Position numbers and translations under genes: made by a program
Notes under the pieces: model-generated
Database searches by the model: none
Told to the model about the DNA's origin: nothing
Seen by the model: only the letters and a program-made list of their open reading frames with translations
Shown here: in pieces, positions 29,914-40,067 of the stretch
How positions within the stretch are numbered: the stretch's first letter is position 1
Layout: each line of letters begins with the position of its first letter
Virus record (IMG/VR): IMGVR_UViG_3300033067_001736
Span: 1-46,925 of that record
DNA from: a virus
Lineage: Duplodnaviria > Caudoviricetes
Direction: 5' to 3' (one strand)
Length of the DNA stretch: 46,925 nt

Positions 29914-31840
29914 TGTTTTCTATTTTGTTAATAATATCTTCACACTCTCGAATATAATAATCATAATTAATATTATTTTTCATTCTTCCCCAATCAAAAT
30001 CTTTTAAATCATTTGCAGGCATACATAAGTATTCTTTTTCAACCTCAAAATGCCTTATGTGATCAGGTTTTTTTGGTAATGGTGGCATTTCTTTGATAAA
30101 CTTATATCCTTCATTAGCAACATAGTATCTACAAAGATGTTGTTCTTCATAAAATGTATCATCACTACTAAAAGCAAGTAATTTATCTGTCCTGTTTATT
30201 TTTGCTCTTAAAAAGAAATCATATAAATCCTCATGAAGATAAATAAACTTTTTAACCGGTATTCCATCTACAAAATAAGCATTTAATGCTTTTGGAATAA
30301 TTAATTTAGAAAAGTTTTGGTGAATTTCAGGTGAAGTTAAAAAGTAACTTCCTTTCTTTTTAATACTTCCATTTTCATAAAATGCTAAATAGTTATTTAC
30401 ATTAAGAATAATCATTTTAGAATAATAATTGTATTCCAATTTCATTCTTGAAAATATTTCCCATTCTTTACAAATATTAAGAACTGCTTTCTCATCTTCT
30501 ATATTGTACATAACAGTAATACCATCAGTATTAGCTTGAACAGTAAAAGTTAAATCTTCTAATTGCTCAATAAGCATACATAATAATAATTGACCATTAA
30601 CAGTAGTTTTTAAAGTGTAAAATGGATCATATAGATTACTAAATTGAGAATTACTTTTACCATAAGAAGCATTTCTTGACAATTTAATACCTGTATTTTC
30701 AATACTACCTTTAGGATACTTTTCTCTTTCTAAACCTAATTCTTCTAATATTGTACAATATTTTTCAGTAAGATGTTCAGGAAAGAATTTCCATTCTTGT
30801 GATAGACTTGGATAAAATCCTGAAACGTCTATGTCAAGAATTTTTATCTTATCTGTTTTCTCATAAATACCTGTATCTGCTGAAGCATGTAATCCTCCAA
30901 GACCAAAATCAATTTCTAATAATTGTGGTTTAGGAACAATTTTATCATTAATATGATAAATGTTTAAAGTTTTTAATTTTCCTTTTACTGTTTTATTATT
31001 ACAATAAGGAAGTAAATCTTTAACTTTATCTAATGGTAATTCTGTAAATGCACCTTTAATCTGATTAATTACCTGTTTAGATAACCAATCATAAATTAGA
31101 TTAAACCTTTGCCCTTTAAAGTTTATAAATGGAAATATTAAATCTTTAAGTTTGATATTTGTTCTTGGTGTTTTTCTATTGGTATCAACACCATATTTCT
31201 TTCTTAAGTCGTGTAATATAATTTGTTCACCAATCTTAGCACCATCAAAGTTAGACATATCAATATTATACTTTACTGATAACCCTGCTCTAAGATCTAT
31301 TTCCTGTAAACTTTTATCTAAAAACTTTTTAGTAGCTATTACATCATTAATACAATACAAAATTGTTTCATTAATTTGATCTTCATTCATTTCAAGTTCC
31401 CAATGATAAGGGTTTTCAATAATGTTTTCTACTCTGTAGTTAAACATAATCTCTTTTAATGAGGTTGCTTTTGCAATATTATCAAGATGGTGTATTCTCC
31501 TTAAATCAATTTGTTTCAAATAAGGATTTCGTATTACATTGAATTTGGTTACTTTAGAATGTATCAACTTTTGACTTTCAAGATATAAATCAGCAACTAA
31601 TTTTCTACCGGAAACAGATTGGTTTACATTCATGTATCTTATAAAATTATGTAGTATAGGGTAATCAAATTCAAGATTGTTAAAACCAACATAATATTCC
31701 TCTTGATTTTCTTTTAAAAAGTCAAATAATGAATACCTGTCATCTTTAAATTTAGAAATTTGAAATACATGGTTGACTTCTTCTTTTAAAAATACCCATA
31801 TCATTGAGTATTTATTAGTTTCTGTATCATATACGATCAT
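29825..31840 (-). CDS. DNA polymerase family B
   Basis: Exo YDTET, GFNNLEFD, YCINDV; Pol DVSGFYPS, KLSRNASYGK, QANTDG. Confidence 0.93.
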   Translation of the reverse strand: MIVYDTETNKYSMIWVFLKEEVNHVFQISKFKDDRYSLFDFLKENQEEYYVGFNNLEFDYPILHNFIRYMNVNQSVSGRKLVADLYLESQKLIHSKVTKFNVIRNPYLKQIDLRRIHHLDNIAKATSLKEIMFNYRVENIIENPYHWELEMNEDQINETILYCINDVIATKKFLDKSLQEIDLRAGLSVKYNIDMSNFDGAKIGEQIILHDLRKKYGVDTNRKTPRTNIKLKDLIFPFINFKGQRFNLIYDWLSKQVINQIKGAFTELPLDKVKDLLPYCNNKTVKGKLKTLNIYHINDKIVPKPQLLEIDFGLGGLHASADTGIYEKTDKIKILDIDVSGFYPSLSQEWKFFPEHLTEKYCTILEELGLEREKYPKGSIENTGIKLSRNASYGKSNSQFSNLYDPFYTLKTTVNGQLLLCMLIEQLEDLTFTVQANTDGITVMYNIEDEKAVLNICKEWEIFSRMKLEYNYYSKMIILNVNNYLAFYENGSIKKKGSYFLTSPEIHQNFSKLIIPKALNAYFVDGIPVKKFIYLHEDLYDFFLRAKINRTDKLLAFSSDDTFYEEQHLCRYYVANEGYKFIKEMPPLPKKPDHIRHFEVEKEYLCMPANDLKDFDWGRMKNNINYDYYIRECEDIINKIENNVTQMQKADKRSRKKPTEIVTKREKKAKT

Positions 31841-32162
31841 AATATTTTTCTCTTAACTTATTAATTTCTTGAACTAAACTTGAACTTTCATCTCTTAATT
31901 TTTTAAGTTTTAATTGTTTTCGTTGTAATTCCTTTTCTAATTTTATGTGTTCATTTTGTTTTACTATTATATTTTCTATAGTTGGTTCAGAATCATTTAA
32001 GTCACTATAACTTGAACGATAAGCATCTTTTTCACTATTATCCAATTTCTTAATAAGTTTAACAGCTTGTTCTTTAGTAGGTTCTTTTACTAATGAAAAT
32101 CTATATTCATAATGGTATCTTACTATTTCTTCTTCATACCATTCAATACTTACATGTGGCAT
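31827..32162 (-). CDS. Hypothetical coiled-coil protein
   Basis: 111 aa ORF. Confidence 0.65.
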   Translation of the reverse strand: MPHVSIEWYEEEIVRYHYEYRFSLVKEPTKEQAVKLIKKLDNSEKDAYRSSYSDLNDSEPTIENIIVKQNEHIKLEKELQRKQLKLKKLRDESSSLVQEINKLREKYYDRI

Positions 32163-32182
32163 AATTTTAGTTTTTTTAAAAA

Positions 32183-32205
32183 GCTTTCTGTTACAGTCAG
32201 AAAGC
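32183..32205 (-). terminator. Intrinsic terminator
   Basis: GCTTTCTG-7nt-CAGAAAGC, T run on the - strand. Confidence 0.6.
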
Positions 32206-32308
32206 CAAGTGAATGCAATGAAAAAGACAAAACGCTAATAAAAAGACCTACTGTAAACAAAAATTACTGTTTATTGTAAACAATAATTTTCTAAGTCTTA
32301 TTTCATGG

Positions 32309-32626
32309 TTATTTTAACCCATTAAGTATTATAGTTGTAATTTCTTCAGGATTTCTAAATACATATTGATCTATTTGTGAAGAATTAATATCTTCTTTAT
32401 CATATATTTTATAACTTTTACCTGAAACACCTATAACAATACATCTAATAGAAGATACTACTTCATCATTTACAATCTTGTCAGTATAAATTTCATCAAT
32501 AGGTTTTTGTATTTTTATTAAAGGTATAATTATTTCCTTTATAATTTTTTCTTCTATGTTATTATTTCTCATAATGTAAACTCTATCTCCTACATTACTT
32601 TTTATGCTAAAATTAAAGTCTGCCAT
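32309..32626 (-). CDS. Hypothetical protein
   Basis: 105 aa ORF. Confidence 0.65.
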   Translation of the reverse strand: MADFNFSIKSNVGDRVYIMRNNNIEEKIIKEIIIPLIKIQKPIDEIYTDKIVNDEVVSSIRCIVIGVSGKSYKIYDKEDINSSQIDQYVFRNPEEITTIILNGLK

Positions 32627-32657
32627 AATCCCAATTTGTTTTTTATTTAAATAAAAA

Positions 32658-32685
32658 TACCCTTTTGTAGCAAGTCAAAAGGGTA
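32658..32685 (-). terminator. Intrinsic terminator
   Basis: TACCCTTTTG-8nt-CAAAAGGGTA then TTTTTATTT on the - strand. Confidence 0.7.
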
Positions 32686-32745
32686 CGATAATTATTCCCA
32701 TAACCGAAAACACTAACATAAATTACTTGCTAAACGAACTGAATT

Positions 32746-33252
32746 CTAATTTGTTGTTTCATTTTCACGATTGTCACCATCCCCATGAATGGTGTTTGTG
32801 GCTCTTCTTTTCATTAACTTGTCATAATTGTCTTGTAAACCTTTGTTAAAAGTTTCAACATCTACAGTTTTAAATAATTCAAAAACTAAATCAGTTAGTA
32901 AATTACTAACTATTGAATTATCAATTATTTTACCATCTCGATAATATTTTTTTACCATCCCAAATAGTATAGATGGTTCAATCTCATCACTATAATGTCT
33001 TGCAGATCTTCCTCTTGCTACAATACCTTCAAAATTTAAATTCAATTCATTACATAATGCACAAATATACCACATTACATCAAATCTTTCTTTATTGATT
33101 TCTGCAATATCAGCATTTTGTTCAACTTTTTCCATTACTTCACCAATCTCATCAAATAATCCAAGTACACAATAAGCAATGCCAAAGTTTTTTACTTCTT
33201 GTGGGTAAATTGCTGTCTCTTTGATTATCTGTTTGTATTCTGTTAAATTCAT
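32746..33252 (-). CDS. MazG-like nucleotide pyrophosphohydrolase
   Basis: LGLFDEIGEVMEK, KERFDVMWY, N.DKL..R...TIHGDGDNR. Confidence 0.85.
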   Translation of the reverse strand: MNLTEYKQIIKETAIYPQEVKNFGIAYCVLGLFDEIGEVMEKVEQNADIAEINKERFDVMWYICALCNELNLNFEGIVARGRSARHYSDEIEPSILFGMVKKYYRDGKIIDNSIVSNLLTDLVFELFKTVDVETFNKGLQDNYDKLMKRRATNTIHGDGDNRENETTN

Positions 33253-33271
33253 TTTTGTTTAAGTTAATTAT

Positions 33272-33724
33272 TTAAATAAGTCCTTCATCAGAAAAACTAT
33301 AATATTTATCATCAGCAATTATTATGTGATCTAATACACTAATATCTAAAGTTGTACATGCTTCTTTTATTTTTTTTGTAATTGCTTTATCTTCAGTACT
33401 TGGTATTAATGAGCTTGAAGGATGGTTGTGGGAAAGTATAATAGCTTGTGCTTTACAAATTATTGCGTACCTAAGTATTACTTTTACATCTACAACTGTA
33501 CCTGTCATTCCCCCTGAACTAATTTTTTTTATCATTATAGGTTTATTGGCTTTATTTAAATATAGAACCACAAAATGTTCTACATCATAAATATCACCAT
33601 TATAAAAATCTAATAATAATTTATAAGAAGATTCTGACTCTTTTATTGGTTCAAGTTCAGATAAATTCTTAGGTCTATATTTAGATATTTGTTCTGATAC
33701 TTTATCAAAAAATTCATTGTTCAT
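33272..33724 (-). CDS. radC: RadC-like JAB domain protein
   Basis: EHFVVLYLNKANK, SSGGMTGTVVDVK, HNHPSS..PSTED, VLDHII, YYSFSDEG. Confidence 0.88.
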   Translation of the reverse strand: MNNEFFDKVSEQISKYRPKNLSELEPIKESESSYKLLLDFYNGDIYDVEHFVVLYLNKANKPIMIKKISSGGMTGTVVDVKVILRYAIICKAQAIILSHNHPSSSLIPSTEDKAITKKIKEACTTLDISVLDHIIIADDKYYSFSDEGLI

Positions 33725-33730
33725 AAGTTT

Positions 33731-33943
33731 TTATTTAAATTCTCCTTCTTCCCTATCAGGTTCAGAAGGATCTAATTCTATATCATAATTTTCATTATGT
33801 ATAAAGTGATCACATTTAATATCGTATTCTTTTTTATTAAAGTTGTTATACCATTGGTAAGGTATATTTGGTGTTGCTGTGTATCTATAACATCTTTGTC
33901 TCATAGGGCATTCAAGATCTCTACACATTGAGATATCCGGCAT
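33731..33943 (-). CDS. Small Cys-rich hypothetical protein
   Basis: Likely start MPDISMCRDLECPMRQRCYRY at 33943. Confidence 0.65.
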   Translation of the reverse strand: MPDISMCRDLECPMRQRCYRYTATPNIPYQWYNNFNKKEYDIKCDHFIHNENYDIELDPSEPDREEGEFK

Positions 33944-33968
33944 AGTATTGTTTTTAATAAATAAAAGA

Positions 33969-33994
33969 TGCCACTTCAATTTCTTAAAGTGGCA
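33969..33994 (-). terminator. Intrinsic terminator
   Basis: TGCCACTT...AAGTGGCA stem followed by a T-rich run on the - strand. Confidence 0.55.
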
Positions 33995-34035
33995 CTATAA
34001 ATAAACTACATCAACTTACTAAGTTATCTTTGTTT

Positions 34036-34476
34036 TTACTTTATAACGTATCCTTTTGTATTTATTGGTTTATTCGATAAGATATCAATTCTATTATTAA
34101 ATCTTTTGTTCATTATGTCTTCAACAATAAAGTTTTTTTCAATACCATCATAAACTAATTTGATAGTATCACCAAATTCAAATAATACTTTTAAATCTCT
34201 ACTAATAGCACAAGCATTAGGATGTCCTGTTAAGTTTTTACCTGATGCTGATTCTTTAGGGTTTTTATCTGTTTGCTTTTTTGTTAACTGATAAGAAGTA
34301 ATACTAACTTCTTGACATATTACATTATTATAATATAATATGTTTCTGAAGTTTTTATTTTCTTCTCTTAATGATTGTGTTTCTTTTGCCATTGGTATAA
34401 CCCTACACACAATAAACGCTAAAATAGTTATTGTAAGAATGAAAGGTACAAATTGATCTTTTATATGATCCCCCAT
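34036..34476 (-). CDS. Membrane-anchored 3D-domain (MltA-like) cell-wall protein
   Basis: N-terminal TM; ITSY...QTD...SASG, CAISRDL, VEDIMNKRFNNRIDI. Confidence 0.75.
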   Translation of the reverse strand: MGDHIKDQFVPFILTITILAFIVCRVIPMAKETQSLREENKNFRNILYYNNVICQEVSITSYQLTKKQTDKNPKESASGKNLTGHPNACAISRDLKVLFEFGDTIKLVYDGIEKNFIVEDIMNKRFNNRIDILSNKPINTKGYVIK

Positions 34477-34478
34477 AG

Positions 34479-34682
34479 TTATTTACTTACGGTAATTAAA
34501 TTCCAACCACAATACTTTGTAAGAAAGTCAATATGACCCCAAGATTTATTACCAACATCATAATTAGGACTCATTGTAGGTCCTTCAATAAGATGCTTAA
34601 TAAGTTTTTTACCGGCATCAAGAGTTAAATCCATTTTCTTTGTTAGAATTTTAATAGATTGTGCTTCAGTTTTTTGTTTCAT
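34479..34682 (-). CDS. Hypothetical protein
   Basis: 67 aa ORF. Confidence 0.65.
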   Translation of the reverse strand: MKQKTEAQSIKILTKKMDLTLDAGKKLIKHLIEGPTMSPNYDVGNKSWGHIDFLTKYCGWNLITVSK

Positions 34683-34842
34683 TTGATTTAATTTTAGTAT
34701 TGAAAAATATTAATAAATAAATTGCTGTTACAGTAAGTACTGCACTAATAATAACATTTCCTGTTAAAAATCCTACCATCATACCGGCTATTATTGCCAA
34801 TATAATAAATAAATTTACGATCTTGATTTCATAGTCTTTCAT
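34666..34842 (-). CDS. Small two-TM membrane protein (not in ORF track)
   Basis: MKDYEIKIVNLFIILAIIAGMMVGFLTGNVIISAVLTVTAIYLLIFFNTK..., 58 aa, ATGA-coupled to the upstream gene. Confidence 0.6.
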   Translation of the reverse strand: MKDYEIKIVNLFIILAIIAGMMVGFLTGNVIISAVLTVTAIYLLIFFNTKIKSNETKN

Positions 34843-35519
34843 TGTGAAAATTTTGTAAAGTTTTCAATGTTGTTACAAAAATCTAAGAAGTTATCTACTT
34901 CTTTTTTTAAATCTTCAAGTGAACCATTATTTTCAATAGTGTAATCCATTCTTACAACTTTCTCAAGAGGTTGCTCTGAAATATGAGTGTCATTTGATTT
35001 AATAGAAGATCTTTCTATATTCAATAATATACCATTCCGATTTATAATCGCCATTGCTTCATTTGGAAATCTACAATCTGTAAATAACCAATGAGAAGAA
35101 AAACTTCTATATTTAGAGAATATACTTGTTACCCAAAATTCCGAACCCCTTTTATTTCTTCCAACTTCTGTACCTTCATACTGAAGAATTAATCTGTAGT
35201 TAACCCAAAAATCTGTTTGATTTTTTGAAATTTGTTCTTCTAATTCTTTAACATCACTTATTATTGTTTTATTACCTAAAAGTTTTTTTAGTTCACTAAA
35301 ATGTATTTTTACATGATGTTTATAATTAAAATACATGTTTTCTTTAAAATCTTCACTTTCAAGATTTATTCTATTACAACCATAAAGAATTGCAACAGTA
35401 TCTTTTAATTTATCAGAAAACTTTTTAATTTCATACGTAGGATATATATCTTGTAACATATTAGCAATGGTATCTTTACCTGATCCTTTACGACCACAAA
35501 TCCCAATTAAGTTTTTCAT
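34839..35519 (-). CDS. Deoxynucleoside monophosphate kinase
   Basis: GRKGSGKDT, FSDKLK, LQYEGTEVGR, TDCRFPNE, HISE, IENNGSLEDL. Confidence 0.9.
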   Translation of the reverse strand: MKNLIGICGRKGSGKDTIANMLQDIYPTYEIKKFSDKLKDTVAILYGCNRINLESEDFKENMYFNYKHHVKIHFSELKKLLGNKTIISDVKELEEQISKNQTDFWVNYRLILQYEGTEVGRNKRGSEFWVTSIFSKYRSFSSHWLFTDCRFPNEAMAIINRNGILLNIERSSIKSNDTHISEQPLEKVVRMDYTIENNGSLEDLKKEVDNFLDFCNNIENFTKFSQ

Positions 35520-35522
35520 AAT

Positions 35523-36497
35523 TTATTTTTCTAATTGTTTGCGATATTGCTGCCAACCTTTAAAGTTAGCATAATAGTTATCATCTTCTGTATTCATAGC
35601 ACAATGTTCAAAAGGACTAAAATGACCTGATTTCAGTAATCTATCATGTAGCTTTAAATCGGCTTCGTAGTTAGATTCCTTACCTTCTTTTCCTACTGTT
35701 GTGTAGGATACTCTAGCGCACATGGCTGTTGCTATTTTAATTTTTAACTCATCACACTCAAAAGACGATCTTGCGCCCAAATCTCTTTGTAAAGCAATAT
35801 AATCAATTTTATCACCATACGGAATATGCCAATCGCCCTCTTCTAATTCTTTTGGAGTACTTTCATTAAGTGCATCCCACATAGATTCAGCCAATGCCAT
35901 CATGTGAATTTCTGCTTGACCTTCATTCATTTTTAACCAATCTACTTCTATAAAATTAGACATTAGTTCTAAATTTTCAGGATTACTATGTGCCGCAATA
36001 CAATCTTTTTTACTTCTATGTCTAAAATGAGTATCTACAGGAGAATGATATTGAGGGCATCTCAAATTAAAGAAGTTCTCAAAATCGGTTGCAGTAAGTA
36101 GTACTTTATGCCACATAAAAGGTTCAAGAAGTCTGTTGCAAAGTTGTTTAGTAACTTCAATTCTATTCAATTGTTGCGCTCTTGTTAATGCATCATCAAG
36201 AGCAGATAGCCATAAACTTATTGCGTTTGCACTATCCCCTTCAGTTAGATATTCAATTCCTTGCATACCTTTATGATTCTTCTGCCATGCAATAGGAATG
36301 AAAGGATTATTTTCTACTTCTTCTACTACTTTATTAAATGGTATTGCTCTACTTGATGCAGAGTTTTTTGAGAACATTCTATGGGTATTTAATTCAGCAA
36401 GAATAAATCTAGGAAACACCAGCTCCATTGATGTAATCCTATTACCTGTTTTTGATATACTGTCTGCAATTATTTTTGCAGAAATTTGTGTTTTCAT
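35523..36497 (-). CDS. thyX: Flavin-dependent thymidylate synthase
   Basis: AELNTHRMFSKNSASSRAIP, KQLCNRLLEPF, NFFNLR, CARVSY, HFSPFEH. Confidence 0.88.
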   Translation of the reverse strand: MKTQISAKIIADSISKTGNRITSMELVFPRFILAELNTHRMFSKNSASSRAIPFNKVVEEVENNPFIPIAWQKNHKGMQGIEYLTEGDSANAISLWLSALDDALTRAQQLNRIEVTKQLCNRLLEPFMWHKVLLTATDFENFFNLRCPQYHSPVDTHFRHRSKKDCIAAHSNPENLELMSNFIEVDWLKMNEGQAEIHMMALAESMWDALNESTPKELEEGDWHIPYGDKIDYIALQRDLGARSSFECDELKIKIATAMCARVSYTTVGKEGKESNYEADLKLHDRLLKSGHFSPFEHCAMNTEDDNYYANFKGWQQYRKQLEK

Positions 36498-36718
36498 ATT
36501 ATTACTTTTCGGACAAAAATTGGTTTTGGCACATTATACATATTTTCAATATACTTCATCGCATTAGCTAAAGTTGAAAATTCAATAGGTCTTTCACTAT
36601 CTGAAGCTTCATAACCTCGGAACTCTGTAAGTGTAAACCAAAATATCCAAAACCTTCTGCGTTGAATTATAAGTTTGTTATTTGATACAAACATGATTCT
36701 AAAATGTTTTTTAAACAT
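36494..36718 (-). CDS. Hypothetical protein
   Basis: 74 aa ORF, ATGA overlap. Confidence 0.65.
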   Translation of the reverse strand: MFKKHFRIMFVSNNKLIIQRRRFWIFWFTLTEFRGYEASDSERPIEFSTLANAMKYIENMYNVPKPIFVRKVII

Positions 36719-36720
36719 AA

Positions 36721-37167
36721 TTAGTATTTAATATAAACTGTTTTAAAATCAGATTTAATATTTGTTCCAACTCTTCTTGCTTGAAACTTACAACTTATTT
36801 GTCCACCTCTAAATGTAGAGATTCTTGGACAAAATGAAGATGAAGTCTTTTTACTTAATACATCTCCTTGTGTACGATAGTATTCCCAATGATAAGTGAA
36901 TTCTACTTCATATCCACCGTTAACAATAGGGGGATTTAATTCACAATCAAAGCCTTTTAAATCTTCTTTTACAATTTTGATATTTCCATTTGATCCTTTC
37001 TCAAAGAAATTTTGATCAATGAAATCAGGTTGTGGGTTTTCTATTTGTTCAAATAGATCAAGATCAAATTGTGTAGTATTACATGCAGTAAATGACAGTA
37101 ATACAAGTCCTAACATAATTACGTTTTTCATATTGTTTTTTTTTAGTTTAGGTATTAACACCCTCAT
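36721..37167 (-). CDS. Putative lipoprotein
   Basis: MKNVIMLGLVLLSFTAC lipobox (internal Met likely start). Confidence 0.7.
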   Translation of the reverse strand: MRVLIPKLKKNNMKNVIMLGLVLLSFTACNTTQFDLDLFEQIENPQPDFIDQNFFEKGSNGNIKIVKEDLKGFDCELNPPIVNGGYEVEFTYHWEYYRTQGDVLSKKTSSSFCPRISTFRGGQISCKFQARRVGTNIKSDFKTVYIKY

Positions 37168-37308
37168 TAATTAAATGGTTCAATTTTTTAAGTTTCTTTT
37201 GAATCTTTTCAATTTCAAATTCAATTGTTGCCTTTTTGTTTTGCAAAGTTAATAACTTATTTAGTAATAAAGCAATAACTTCTTCTAAATATCTATTTGT
37301 CATTGTAT

Positions 37309-37587
37309 TTAAGATTTTATTCTTAATAACATTTCTTTAGCTTTTGATAATTGAAATTCTAAATTTTTTATGTTCTTTTCAGCTTTTTCAATTAAGTAAT
37401 TTTTAGCATCTTCAAAAGTATCATGCCATTTAGTGTATGAAGTTTCTTTGCTTTCACGGATTTCTTTTGATCTTTGGACATTATTAAAATCTAACCATTT
37501 ATGAATGAATACTATTTGTTTTTCAGTTTCTTTTACCACTTCATGTTTAGTAATAGTGTCTCCGTAAGTTGTTTTAAATTTTTCCAT
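37309..37587 (-). CDS. Hypothetical protein
   Basis: 92 aa ORF. Confidence 0.65.
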   Translation of the reverse strand: MEKFKTTYGDTITKHEVVKETEKQIVFIHKWLDFNNVQRSKEIRESKETSYTKWHDTFEDAKNYLIEKAEKNIKNLEFQLSKAKEMLLRIKS

Positions 37588-38126
37588 TATTTATAAATTA
37601 TTGTGTAAGGCAAATGAAAACCTATTGATCTTGCGACACTCATGCCTACAATATCAATACCATATTCCCACCATTTGCGTTTTTCGCCTATGGTAATAAC
37701 GCAGGTTGCAGCTATTATACTTCCTGTGGATAACTGACTTGTTAAGTGGTACGCATCCGTAAATCCACTCAATGCAGTCTTAGAAAGAAAAAATGCTTCA
37801 GACATATCTCCTGCATCATAATCTTTGTATTTACGTTTCCAACTTTGATCAGGATTCCAATATCCCGGATCTGCATTTGGGTGTACTTTTTGGAATTGTG
37901 GATAGTGATGAAGTATTGTTTGGTTTATTCCATTAGCTACTCCACCTACAAATGCAATACCATATCCCCAAATAGAATGTTTATAGTTCCATTGACTTTT
38001 CTGAAAGTCTTTTAACTGAAAAGAATTTTCATCTACTTTGTATTCAATTCCTGTAGCTCTATCAAAGAGCTGTGCATTAACTGTTAAAGTTAATGACAAT
38101 ACTATTAATGTTATTATGTTTTTCAT
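37587..38126 (-). CDS. Signal-peptide-bearing membrane protein
   Basis: MKNIITLIVLSLTLTVNA-Q signal; further hydrophobic segments. Confidence 0.7.
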   Translation of the reverse strand: MKNIITLIVLSLTLTVNAQLFDRATGIEYKVDENSFQLKDFQKSQWNYKHSIWGYGIAFVGGVANGINQTILHHYPQFQKVHPNADPGYWNPDQSWKRKYKDYDAGDMSEAFFLSKTALSGFTDAYHLTSQLSTGSIIAATCVITIGEKRKWWEYGIDIVGMSVARSIGFHLPYTIIYK

Positions 38127-38291
38127 AAGTTTTAAGTTTTAAAGTCATCTAATAAATCCCATATTAACCTTATTATTAATAAAATTAATAATGAAATGAG
38201 TGTAATTATTAATATTGCAAAGAATATAGTGATTATTGTTATTATAATTTTCACTTTAGTTTTTTTAGTTATTAAATATTGAAGAATGATC

Positions 38292-38628
38292 AATTCTCCT
38301 GCACAATGTTGTTATTTACCCAAATCTCGAATTGGATTTGCTTATGTTTAAGTATTACAACTACGACAACACATTACTATGTTGAAAGCATTAGATATGG
38401 GAATCTAAACGATATTACCTTTCAAACCCATGTTTAAAGAATACACTAACTATATTCTTCAAATGCTGCCACCACATATTTTACTTAGATTATCACTAAT
38501 ATTCCTACTGTTACTACGATGTACAGCTAAATGTACATTGGCCCTCGTAAGTAGTGCTATGTCTAATATTAGTATTTTCAAGTATGCTTTACAATTCTCT
38601 ACCAATATCTGCGGAAGATAGCAGAACT
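38292..38628 (-). ncRNA. Candidate multi-stem structured RNA (about 335 nt)
   Basis: No - strand ORF; nested stems ACTAATATT/AATATTAGT, ATGTACA/TGTACAT, CAAATC/GATTTG; ends partly complementary. Confidence 0.45.
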
Positions 38629-38722
38629 CTTTTTTATTATTGGTATGAATTATTACTAAAACCTTTTGATTGTATAAAATTATATTATTCTAATTATTTA
38701 ATATAATAATATACACTAATAG

Positions 38723-38782
38723 TTTATCTTATAAGATTTGAACTTACCCACATTAATTAGATGTGTACCAAATAAAAGATAA
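38723..38782 (-). tRNA. D-armless mini tRNA-like element (60 nt)
   Basis: TTATCTT/AAGATAA acceptor; CACAT-CTAATTA-ATGTG arm; GTAAG-TTCAAAT-CTTAT T arm; 10-nt unpaired D replacement. Confidence 0.5.
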
Positions 38783-38961
38783 TTACTACTAGTTATCAAA
38801 AGTAACCAGCTATGTTTGGTTAAAGATTTTAGACAGTTATTATTCTTACACTATAAACTGTCAAATTTGTAGCCTATAAATAGGTATAAAAAGTAAATAA
38901 AATAACAGGCTTTGTTTATTACTTTTTATTTTAACTATACTTAACATTTTTTTGCATATTT

Positions 38962-39543
38962 TTAAAAATCATTAGTTACTCCATTATATGCTAAATGAGA
39001 ATAGTCAACGTATTTGGATTTACGATATTTATCAAGAACTTTATAATTTTTTTTAATAAATTGTTTAAATTCATCTAATAAGTTTTCAACAATATATAAT
39101 TGATGATTACAAGTTCCTGTTTTTTTACACCAATTACCACAACTTTCTTTAAAATAACCAGTAGTTTTCATTATATGATTATACCAATAACCTTGTTCTT
39201 CTTTATACGGAGCAATAGGTAAACGATCTGGAGTTGGTATAAATTCACAAAATTTCCATTCAATAAATCTACAACATGCACTATAACAATCAACCTTAAA
39301 AGGAATACATATTCTATATAAAACGCTAATCTTTTTATAATCTAATTTATCTTGAATTACTTTAAGTCTTTTTTTTTCTAATAAAGCTAAATGTTCTTCA
39401 GCAATAAGTTTACTATGTTGTTTTCTATTTAAAGAAATAAAACCTTTTTTTCTAAGTGAGTAACAAGCTTCACTAAGATCAAATTTAGATATATGATGAT
39501 TTTCTGGTAGATAAAAACTTACAGATGTTACGTTAGGTTTCAT
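38962..39543 (-). CDS. Hypothetical protein
   Basis: Likely start MKPNV at 39543. Confidence 0.6.
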   Translation of the reverse strand: MKPNVTSVSFYLPENHHISKFDLSEACYSLRKKGFISLNRKQHSKLIAEEHLALLEKKRLKVIQDKLDYKKISVLYRICIPFKVDCYSACCRFIEWKFCEFIPTPDRLPIAPYKEEQGYWYNHIMKTTGYFKESCGNWCKKTGTCNHQLYIVENLLDEFKQFIKKNYKVLDKYRKSKYVDYSHLAYNGVTNDF

Positions 39544-39839
39544 ATTTATTTGTTTAAAATAAAAATAATAGGCTTTGTTTACCACTGCAATCATAACTAC
39601 TCAAGGATTAACCCGTGAACTCAATCACTTTTCGGTAAGGCCGTCTATCTTGTAGATATTAAATATGCTAGTATCCTGTTATAGGTTCTTTCAGAGTGTT
39701 TAGTAACACACAAACATCTATTTAAGGAATCCCACCTTTTTCACTATAATTGTATAGATACGCTTTCTCGATTGTATTCTACACCAAACTTATTTAGTAG
39801 TGTTGCTGTTCATAAACTAGCTTAATTAGTATTTTATAA

Positions 39840-40067
39840 AATCACTTGTCCAAATTCTAGTGGAATATATTTTATAACTCTAAGTTTCACCTGGTTATGT
39901 ATAAATCAATGTTTATACTTTCAGAAACGTAAGTGAGCATTACTTAATATACCTCTACAATAAACACAACTGCTAGTACAGTTTATAACAAACCAGTGGA
40001 ACTTCCTATGCAACATGGTTTTAATGCTTTCAGGATTATGTTATTGTTTATCTTCAAGCAAGTGATT
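39840..40067 (-). ncRNA. Structured RNA scaffold, copy 1 of 2
   Basis: Three blocks shared with 42344-42573; AATCACTTG/CAAGTGATT closing stem; covarying internal stems. Confidence 0.75.
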
